From assembly GCA_038893995.1 (NCBI GenBank), contig JAWAQK010000003.1:24710-80784 (forward strand): a stretch of DNA of 56,075 nucleotides. Reading direction: 5' to 3'. Below, one piece after another: positions 1 through 7,785 of this stretch (within the stretch, counting starts at the first letter, position 1; the number at the start of each line of letters is the position of its first letter). The translations under genes and the position numbers were made by a program. The notes below the pieces were generated by a model. The model did not search any database, had not been told where the DNA came from, and was given only the letters and a program-made list of their open reading frames with translations. This DNA comes from Candidatus Thorarchaeota archaeon. Lineage in GTDB: Archaea; Asgardarchaeota; Thorarchaeia; Thorarchaeales; Thorarchaeaceae.

Positions 1-2
1 TG

Positions 3-971
3 CGTTGGTGGTACGGGCTGATCCTTCGGAGTCTGGGCTACGAGATCTGTAAGGATCCCAGAAAATGCAACGAAGAGAGTCCTTGCAAGAGGTGCGAGAT
101 CTTTGGCAATACTGGACATTCAAGGCAATTCAGCCTATTAGTCTTGGACAGCACCGGACTTCCATTTTGCGAAAGAACACTGAAACTGAAGAAAAGGAAA
201 CAAGGTTATCAAAATGCAACGGGAATTCAATCAGGACAACAAGGACAGAGCACAGGGAAGTCGCACGGCTGGCATCTACCGCCAGGACGTCACGGAAGAC
301 TGACCCTGAAACTCAGGGGACCGAAGGAGGTGGTTGGCCAACTCTTGCATCTACTGTTCTTCCTTGAGAGATACGGCACACTCGGTGCAAAACCGCAACT
401 GGGTTATGGTAGGTTCAAGATTCTCAACCGCTCTGAGCTGCTACTAAAGGTCACGAAAATCGATCCATCTCAAAATCAGAAACAACCATCGGGGATGAGT
501 CTGATCCAATCGGCGTTCTTCACCGTCGAGTTCAGTGAGTCCCCTTTCACACAGTTGCTGAAGAATATCGTCAGTTCGAAACTAACTCTGGAAAGACTCA
601 AGGAGCAAAACCTCGCCCCAATCTCACCAATGGTCAAAGACTACTTGAGGTTCATTGTGGGAGCCAAGTGGAGTACGCAGGAGGAACTGGATATCCTTGG
701 TGGGCAAGACGGAAACAGAAATAGATACCGGTCCAAGATTTCGGCATCGTGGGCTTACAGAACAGAGGGCAAGTGGAGGATAGATGTCTTTGCTGGACCA
801 TGTGCACAACAGACTGGAATTGGATGGAATAGTGCTCTTCAGGTCCTCCGTTCTAAGAACGGATGGCAAGATATCCTGGGCCTCGCGAATCCACCGTCGT
901 CTGTTCAAGAACACAGTGTGAATTCAAGAAACGACTTACAGACCATGCTTGAGGAGGTCATTAAGAAGTGA
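3..971 (+). CDS. cmr1: CRISPR type III-C RAMP Cmr1 (Cas7 group), 5'-truncated by window edge
   Basis: Frame 3 is open from position 3 (RWWYGLILRSLG..C..C..C..CEIFGNTG): the Cmr1 RWWY motif plus Cys cluster. Gly-rich loop GTLGAKPQLGYG. First gene of a cmr operon; the ORF-track start at 144 is internal. Confidence 0.85.
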   Translation, partial: RWWYGLILRSLGYEICKDPRKCNEESPCKRCEIFGNTGHSRQFSLLVLDSTGLPFCERTLKLKKRKQGYQNATGIQSGQQGQSTGKSHGWHLPPGRHGRLTLKLRGPKEVVGQLLHLLFFLERYGTLGAKPQLGYGRFKILNRSELLLKVTKIDPSQNQKQPSGMSLIQSAFFTVEFSESPFTQLLKNIVSSKLTLERLKEQNLAPISPMVKDYLRFIVGAKWSTQEELDILGGQDGNRNRYRSKISASWAYRTEGKWRIDVFAGPCAQQTGIGWNSALQVLRSKNGWQDILGLANPPSSVQEHSVNSRNDLQTMLEEVIKK

Positions 972-2134
972 CTGGTATGTCTGCACGGGGGGACGCGAAA
1001 GAGACTTCGTCATGTGAGATTCTCCCCTCGCTCCCCCTCAGACTGGAATTCGCGAACCAGGCACAAGATGACATTGATCAGGCCCTGAGAGGGAACTGCG
1101 CGGGATACACAATCTCAGACTGGTATGCCAGGGTATGTCTCCTCGTTCAGACCATTGGGAAAGAATCGAGAACCCGTCAGAACCGCACCGTAGACACAAG
1201 GGGGCTTGCCATTCTTAGTCGTGAGGAGGGAAAGCTCGGCCTGGCCCAGTTCTATGCCAGTGATGATGTTTCCAATAATCTGCACGAGTTGCAGAAGATG
1301 GTCCGTGCGCTCGGTCTGGACTCCCCGATCGTATCTGTGGACAAGTGTCCGAGAGGTAGCTTCCTTGTCAGACTGAATTTCACTCTAGAGAAGCCGTACA
1401 TCAGCAAGGATGATGTTGAATTCTACGTGGTCGACAACCCTGTACGAAAGGAGTGGGTATTCAAGGTTCCCTACATATCGGGAAGTCAGTGGAAAGGCGC
1501 ACTGCGTCATTCAGTCGTCAGATCCTTAGTTGAGAGCAGAAACAGCATCTCGAATGATGATGTCGTCAGACGGAGGCTTGCTATCACTCGCATCTTTGGT
1601 ACGGAGAAGGGAACTCCTGATGATGGCTCAGAATGCGAAACATATCTTGATGAGATCTTCAAGGACACTCGGGACGAGTATTGGAAGCGCTTGCGGGAAC
1701 TGCTTCATCTGAACAGTGACGAGATCCCCCACGTTGCAGGGCGCGTACATCTATTTCCGACCTATTTCTCCAGGATCAGTCTGGAAGTCATCAACCCACA
1801 CAATGAAGAGGGGGGCGGCACCCAGCCCATCTACTTTGAAACAGTTCCATCGGGGGCCTCTGGTACCTTCTGTCTACTGTACGTCCCCCTGACGACGTGC
1901 TGGGGATCAGAAGAGAAAGACGTGAAATTGGACAGGGAAATGGTCCTGAGAGGAATCAAGGACATGATGACAGTCTACGGGTTCGGGGCAAAGACATCAC
2001 TCGGGTATGGACGGGCAAATCAACTTGTTCGCGGTGGCAAGGTCTACTGGAGGACTGGAGAGCGTGAATCCGACACAAGAGATGTTTCGTTCGATGATCT
2101 GACTAAGATGGAGGTGGGGGATTGTGAGTGTTGA
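968..2134 (+). CDS. cmr6: CRISPR type III-C RAMP Cmr6 (Cas7 group)
   Basis: PYISKDD..FY..DNPVRKEWVFKVPYISGSQWKGALR, EVINPH, PIYFETVP and C-terminal YGFGAKTSLGYG loop. Overlaps cmr1 by 4 nt. Confidence 0.85.
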   Translation: MTGMSARGDAKETSSCEILPSLPLRLEFANQAQDDIDQALRGNCAGYTISDWYARVCLLVQTIGKESRTRQNRTVDTRGLAILSREEGKLGLAQFYASDDVSNNLHELQKMVRALGLDSPIVSVDKCPRGSFLVRLNFTLEKPYISKDDVEFYVVDNPVRKEWVFKVPYISGSQWKGALRHSVVRSLVESRNSISNDDVVRRRLAITRIFGTEKGTPDDGSECETYLDEIFKDTRDEYWKRLRELLHLNSDEIPHVAGRVHLFPTYFSRISLEVINPHNEEGGGTQPIYFETVPSGASGTFCLLYVPLTTCWGSEEKDVKLDREMVLRGIKDMMTVYGFGAKTSLGYGRANQLVRGGKVYWRTGERESDTRDVSFDDLTKMEVGDCEC

Positions 2135-5009
2135 TGATACACCTCTCTGTTCAAGAGGGGCCAAACTCTTAGAGATCCCAGTCTGGTTACATCTGCTTGG
2201 AAAATTCACATCAGAGTTCTACTCATGTCCATCTGCCGCCAGGGAAATTCCAGACGGACTTGACAAGGAGGTAGATCTGGACAGAAACTACGATACAGTG
2301 CTAGGACTTCAAGCACCGGCCAACCTCACTATCAGGTCCGCAATTACACAACATCACAAACAAAGCAGCAAGATTCAGAGTGTGTTGGACCTTCTCTCGG
2401 ACAGTCACGGACGCTCATCAGGAACCGACAAGGGATGGATGTTTCAAGAGGGAGGGCTGTTCGAAGGATCGGGAAAACAGGAAAATGAGTATTACAGAGC
2501 GTCACCATTTGGCTACGAATCACAGGAATCAAAAATTGATCTTGCAGATATCGACCCGAGGCGAAAACGACTCTACAAGTGCCTTGGCAAGATCCTAAGA
2601 CAACCCTGTACGCGAGAGTCTGTGCGCAAACTGGAAGAGGTCCTTTGCTGTGGATACGAGGGGATGCTCAGTGAAACCCGTCGCCCGATGAACGATGTGA
2701 CGCTGTCTGATGCGACGGAATCAGCGGTTGCTTTTTTCAGAGCTGCGTTGACTGACTACCAGTTCTGCAGATCGTGCAAAAAGCCAAAATGGAGGATGTG
2801 TCGTCTTAGCATTGACACCCTGGAATACATCTCCATCGCATCTGGCATTCCTGAGCTGAGGGGGAAACTGAAAGCAGTCGAGGACATTCTGGATGCGGCC
2901 AAGAACCTCATTGAGTATGAGATGTCCATCGGGCACGAGATCTATCGAGATGAGGGTGGATCGACCTACCTGCTTCCGGTCTTTCCTGAACCGGTTTGGC
3001 ATTGTGTGAAGAAGAAACTTGAGTCTGAAATCAGAGCTATTCTCGGACAAATACTGAATCATGACTTTCCTACAGTACTCGAGGAGTCCAAAGGGGGGCC
3101 AGACAGGAATCTTACAGGATTCCAAGAACTCGTCACCAGGCCAGCCATTTCACTGACCCCAGACTTGCACTCTGTCGATGCTGCTTGGAAGGATATGAAG
3201 ACACCAGTCGGACTCTGCGTGATGTGCGGGTGGAATCCTGTGGAGAGAGGTACACGATCCTACTTGTGTTCCTGCTGTAATGGGCAACGGGAGCCACGAG
3301 CAGCCCAGTGGTTAGAATCCTTGGGATCCACGATCTGGATAGATGAGGTATCTGACGAACACGGTCAAGTTGCGCTACTTTGTGGTTGTTTTGAGCTTGA
3401 CGACTGGCTGAGCGGACACTTGGTCCGAACTATCATGAGCTGGCATGACGAGGATCTTGATCTTAAGAGAGTAAATCAGGCCTTGGCCGAGTGGAAGAAG
3501 GGAAGCAAATCTCAGATGAAAGGAATCATACCCAAATTTGTGACCGAGAATTTCAGTTTTGGTGATGCTCTGAAGTTTCTGTACGGTGATAAGACGGTCA
3601 AGACTGACGAGGTCAAGACGATGGCTTGGCTACTCCTGTCTCAACAGGACTCTCCCGCACGAATAATGCGACTGTGGAGAACAACCCGTGATTTCTGGGA
3701 TTCAAGCTTGGCATCAATTGTAAAAGAAACCGAAGTGAAGAGACGACTCCGAATGACCCCGGAGGACCCTCTAAACATGCCGTGCGGGGCATATGAGCTC
3801 GTACAGGATCGAATCACTTTGCCGGTCTACTGGGATGACCATCGTGGACATTTCATATCGATATTCAGTCTGGAGTTTATTGAAAGACACTACGGAGTGG
3901 GAAACATCATCTCGTTCTTGCAGGGGAACAATTCTGAATTTGAGATTGTAGAAGCTGGAGGCTACGGAGAACCATCTCGCTCCATACGAAGGACGAAGAT
4001 CGCTGAAGTCAAGGAATTGGACTGCAAGTATTCAGCAACCGTGGAAGTGATAACTTCACCCAGAACATTCATGATCTTTGTTCCAGCAAGTAGGGCGCTG
4101 GAACTAACTAGAATGATCAAGGAGAAGTATGAGATTGAGATGGGCTTCGTCAGAAACAGGCTGCCCATCCATCTGGGAGTACTCGTGGGGGATAAGCGGA
4201 CGCCAGTACGTGTCTTTCTAGATGCGGGAAGGAGGATGCTCAGACAGCAATTACCTCAGGATGGCTGGAGAGTAGAGGAGGTCACCGAGTGTCTTGAGTT
4301 GCCAGGTCACCTGAAGCGTAGTCAACAGTATACGAAGGCAGTAAGCATCACTCTGGAAAAAGACGAGCAGAGGCTCCGCTGGATTGTTCCATTGATGATG
4401 GGAGATGGCAAGACCCAGGACGAGTGGTATGGGTATTGCATAGTCACCAAGCCGTCCGGAAATACGGAGAGCAGGAAGAAATACCTGGAGATACCGGATC
4501 CAAGAAACGAGAGCCAGTTGGTCCATCTCTGTCATGTCAGCGAGCTAGCCGTGGGAGATGTTGTATGTTTCATGCCATCCACATTCGACTTCGAATTCGT
4601 TGGGGGTGGGCCCACGAGATACGAGATCTGCTACGCTGATGATGGAACAAGAACGACTACGAAACGACGACCCTATCTTCTCGAGGACCTCGGGATGATG
4701 CTGGCAAAGTGGGAAGAGCTGAAGAGGCACCTGTCAATGACTCAGATACATCAAGTCATCGAGTTGATAGAGGGGAAACGGACTGAATGGGGCATTGTCG
4801 ATCCGCCTGATCCTGTATTCATAGACTTCTGCAGAAGTGTCTTGGAGTCTGCAGAATGGAAGAGTGTGGACAACAGATACCCCTGGAGCGAGACCTCGCG
4901 AGAGGAGTGGTTTACAGAAACAGCCAGGCTGGCTGCAAGAGGAGTGCTAGCAGATATCGTGAATCTGCATATCAGAATCTTAAGATTGGACAAAGGAGGA
5001 GAAGAGTAA
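2124..5009 (+). CDS. cas10: Type III-C Cas10 (Csx11-like large subunit)
   Basis: 961 aa. N-terminal WLHLLGK (HD-like), ETRRPMNDVTLSD, EIYRDE, CxxC..CxxC Zn finger, WIDEVSD, SPARIMRLW, YEIEMGFVRNRLP, PSTFDFEF, RRPYLLE. No GGDD. Sits between cmr6 and cmr4. Confidence 0.85.
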   Translation: MSVDDTPLCSRGAKLLEIPVWLHLLGKFTSEFYSCPSAAREIPDGLDKEVDLDRNYDTVLGLQAPANLTIRSAITQHHKQSSKIQSVLDLLSDSHGRSSGTDKGWMFQEGGLFEGSGKQENEYYRASPFGYESQESKIDLADIDPRRKRLYKCLGKILRQPCTRESVRKLEEVLCCGYEGMLSETRRPMNDVTLSDATESAVAFFRAALTDYQFCRSCKKPKWRMCRLSIDTLEYISIASGIPELRGKLKAVEDILDAAKNLIEYEMSIGHEIYRDEGGSTYLLPVFPEPVWHCVKKKLESEIRAILGQILNHDFPTVLEESKGGPDRNLTGFQELVTRPAISLTPDLHSVDAAWKDMKTPVGLCVMCGWNPVERGTRSYLCSCCNGQREPRAAQWLESLGSTIWIDEVSDEHGQVALLCGCFELDDWLSGHLVRTIMSWHDEDLDLKRVNQALAEWKKGSKSQMKGIIPKFVTENFSFGDALKFLYGDKTVKTDEVKTMAWLLLSQQDSPARIMRLWRTTRDFWDSSLASIVKETEVKRRLRMTPEDPLNMPCGAYELVQDRITLPVYWDDHRGHFISIFSLEFIERHYGVGNIISFLQGNNSEFEIVEAGGYGEPSRSIRRTKIAEVKELDCKYSATVEVITSPRTFMIFVPASRALELTRMIKEKYEIEMGFVRNRLPIHLGVLVGDKRTPVRVFLDAGRRMLRQQLPQDGWRVEEVTECLELPGHLKRSQQYTKAVSITLEKDEQRLRWIVPLMMGDGKTQDEWYGYCIVTKPSGNTESRKKYLEIPDPRNESQLVHLCHVSELAVGDVVCFMPSTFDFEFVGGGPTRYEICYADDGTRTTTKRRPYLLEDLGMMLAKWEELKRHLSMTQIHQVIELIEGKRTEWGIVDPPDPVFIDFCRSVLESAEWKSVDNRYPWSETSREEWFTETARLAARGVLADIVNLHIRILRLDKGGEE

Positions 5010-5902
5010 TGAAACGTGATCCCGGACTACACCATTACCTCATTCAGACCCTAGATCCTGTGCACATAGGAACTGGGGAGATGAGAATAGGTGGCATAGA
5101 CAATACGATCGTGAGAGAGACTGGAACTAACCTGCCCAAGATCCCGGGTAGTAGCCTGAAGGGCGTGATCCGGAGCTACGCCGCCTTTCAGCAACAGAAG
5201 CCTGATTGCGCGGGAGTAGACATCAAGGGGAAGCCGCACTGTAATAAAGAGGACTGTATCATCTGCTATACCTTTGGCAGCAAGGAACGCGGTGGGGTTG
5301 TCGGCATAGGGGATGCTCGGATCTTGTTGTTCCCGGTCCATAGCATGAAGGGGCCAATATGGATTACAAGCCCGATGATGTTGTTCGATTCTCCCCTGCG
5401 TGTTCCTTACGTGAGTATTCCGAACGATACCGCAAGAAGGATCCAGTTCAAGGATAGAGAGAAGGCACCAGACACAGAAACCAGGGATGGTCGAATTAAC
5501 CTGAGCTGGTTGATGCTGAAGCTCGATTCCGAGCCCCTTGTTCTGGATAGGGAGATTCAGACTCACGACCACATCTTGGACCGCGTATACCTCGTTTCAG
5601 ATGCGACTCTGAGTCAGGCTGTGAACAGCAATCTCGAGGTCCGTACATCTGTGAGCATCGATCCGAGGAGCGGTACCGCGGAAGATAAGGCTCTGTTCAC
5701 CTACGAGGCAATCCCCCGGGCCTGTATTCTCTGGTGTGATGTGGTCATCGACGAGATCATCGAGGATGGGGACAAATCCCGCGAGCCGAAGGAGATCATC
5801 AACAAGGCTATCGAATGGCTGGAAACGCTCGGCATAGGCGGGATGGGTAGCAGAGGATTCGGAAGAATCAAGATGACTGAATGGAGTGTGAAACAGGCAT
5901 GA
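5009..5902 (+). CDS. cmr4: CRISPR type III RAMP Cmr4 (target RNA-cleaving Cas7)
   Basis: DPVHIGTG..IDNTIVRE..TNLPKIPGSSLKG, ARILLFPV, RTSVSIDP..GTAED.ALFTYEAIP, GIGGMGSRGFG. ATG at 5009 overlaps the cas10 TAA; the ORF-track start at 4856 is too early. Confidence 0.92.
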   Translation: MKRDPGLHHYLIQTLDPVHIGTGEMRIGGIDNTIVRETGTNLPKIPGSSLKGVIRSYAAFQQQKPDCAGVDIKGKPHCNKEDCIICYTFGSKERGGVVGIGDARILLFPVHSMKGPIWITSPMMLFDSPLRVPYVSIPNDTARRIQFKDREKAPDTETRDGRINLSWLMLKLDSEPLVLDREIQTHDHILDRVYLVSDATLSQAVNSNLEVRTSVSIDPRSGTAEDKALFTYEAIPRACILWCDVVIDEIIEDGDKSREPKEIINKAIEWLETLGIGGMGSRGFGRIKMTEWSVKQA

Positions 5903-6315
5903 TGCAGAACCTGGACTATGCTGCAGCCAAGGCGGCCCAAGACTGTGTCGCCCAGGGCATAGACTACAAGAGCCTTGAACGCGTTGCAACAAAAGCTATT
6001 GGAGTGCTGCAGAGTCAGGGAATCTATGCGCTCTTTCTATTCCTAGGGAGCAGGGGTTTTGAAGAAAAGAAGTCAGCCGAGAGAATCAGCCAACAACTTG
6101 TGAGTCTAGGGGAACAGGTAATTGGCACGGATGTAGGAAAAGACAGACAAATGGGCAGTCAAACGTCCGACAAGACACAGCCCGGAGACAAGGCCACGAG
6201 GATCGCAATGCAACTGGTCGCAAATCGAGAAAGACAGATGCTTGCCTATGACGTCTTTGAGAGGACCCTCACATACATCAGATTCTCTGCTAAGGCGAAG
6301 GAGGAGAAGTCTTGA
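5899..6315 (+). CDS. cmr5: CRISPR type III small subunit Cmr5 (Cas11)
   Basis: Small helical protein with NLDYAAA, KAIGVLQSQGIYALFLFL and ERTLTYIRFSAKA. ATGA overlap with the cmr4 stop. Confidence 0.82.
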   Translation: MMQNLDYAAAKAAQDCVAQGIDYKSLERVATKAIGVLQSQGIYALFLFLGSRGFEEKKSAERISQQLVSLGEQVIGTDVGKDRQMGSQTSDKTQPGDKATRIAMQLVANRERQMLAYDVFERTLTYIRFSAKAKEEKS

Positions 6316-7151
6316 GCTGGAATCAATATCGATTCATGTTCAGATTACTCTCAGACATACATGTTGGCTATCGAAGAACGGGAAACTTGATGCAGTCTAG
6401 GTGCTACGTTCATGGACGAGCAATCAGAGGGGCCCTTGTAAACGCATTGGCAAGTAGTCTGTGCAGCGACGAGCCAGACCCCTATGAAACGGCCTCTGAA
6501 GTTGTCAGGAACATTCGATTCACGTACTTCTGGCCCGCATATTGCAGAGAGACATCACCGGATGGGTGGAACTCTCTCAGCACTGCGTTTCCCTTTCCAG
6601 TATCAGATGGGTTACGCAAGTTATATCCAAATCCAATAAAAATCAGAAAAGAGGCCCTTGAATATCTGTTCATGCATTCAGAGCAGCGGACCTCAGTGGG
6701 TGTCAGTTCCCGCACTGCTGAAGAGGGGGTGTTATTCGAGGTAGAATCCATCTCGAGTCACACAAGAGAGGGCAAGCAGGTCTATCTCGTTGGAACACTC
6801 TGGATATCAGACTCTGATGGGCGGTTGGGGAACCCGACTGAGTCGTTCTCGAATCTGTTACTGGGAGGAGAGAGGACGTACGGTTGGGGAAGGGGTCTGC
6901 TCAGATTGGAACCCGCTGGCTCAGACCGGTGTGATCCAACATCACTCAGATTCTCAGGCCATGTCCCAGCACATCTGATCCCCAAAGAATCCAGACCGGA
7001 TCCTACTGCAAAGGTCGAGGCACTCGCAGGTTGGGAAACAATGAGGGGAAAGACCAGGCTGACAAGTGTTGCTGCCTATGAACCAGGATACTGGCTCGAT
7101 TCAGAGAGCATCGTCGAGATTGACGAGAGTGGGATCTGGAGGCAGACCTAG
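6312..7151 (+). CDS. cmr3: CRISPR type III-C RAMP Cmr3 (Cas5 group)
   Basis: FRLLSDIHVG, YVHGRAIRGAL, RTAEEGVLFEVE, LGGERTYGWG. Last gene of the cmr1-6-10-4-5-3 order typical of III-C. Confidence 0.8.
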   Translation: MSWNQYRFMFRLLSDIHVGYRRTGNLMQSRCYVHGRAIRGALVNALASSLCSDEPDPYETASEVVRNIRFTYFWPAYCRETSPDGWNSLSTAFPFPVSDGLRKLYPNPIKIRKEALEYLFMHSEQRTSVGVSSRTAEEGVLFEVESISSHTREGKQVYLVGTLWISDSDGRLGNPTESFSNLLLGGERTYGWGRGLLRLEPAGSDRCDPTSLRFSGHVPAHLIPKESRPDPTAKVEALAGWETMRGKTRLTSVAAYEPGYWLDSESIVEIDESGIWRQT

Positions 7152-7785
7152 ACTTCATTATGTCGTAAGTTAGTCTCTCATGGTGATAACTCCACTCCTT
7201 GAAACGTAGTGATGAGGACATGAGCCACCTGCATCATAGACCCTGGCTTCGGGAGAAATGAGACCGTTCACTTCGGCTCAGCCCACACAGAAACTGAAAC
7301 CTTCCTTGAATGAAAGTTGGACACTGTCCTCGGTAGGCCCTATCTTGAAGCCATAGTAGGTCCGCCCGGATACGCATGGAGCAGGGCATGACGCAAGAAG
7401 AGGCTTGTGTGAATGAGGACTGTCGGTCCTGCTCAATCCGCTAGGATGCGAGCTGCTCTGGTCCCTCACAGGACCACTACGCCAGACCCCATAAAGAGCA
7501 GTGACCTTCACCGCATGACATTCACTAGTCTTCATGCGTCGCGTTGGAGGTTGTTGTGGACCATGCATTATTCGGGAAATAGTGCATCTCTACACCTCGC
7601 TTGCGATGCCCCTCGTAGAGAAGTCTGGCTTGCCTTCGTCGGCACCTCTCTAGTTGCAACCAAAAAGCCTGCAGTGATCGAAGTCTGTCACGCCTCCGAT
7701 AGTTCGGGCATCGACATATATGCAGTCCCGTACCGTTGCGCGTTGAAACCCCCGCCATCCCATCAAATACACGAGGAGTGTCAGC

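Noticed and set aside
7169-7300. Two GTT...TGAAAC segments (7169-7205, 37 nt; 7266-7300, 35 nt) just after cmr3, resembling CRISPR repeat ends
   Set aside because: Their interiors are not similar, the 60-nt gap is too long for a spacer and there is no third copy, so an array cannot be supported.
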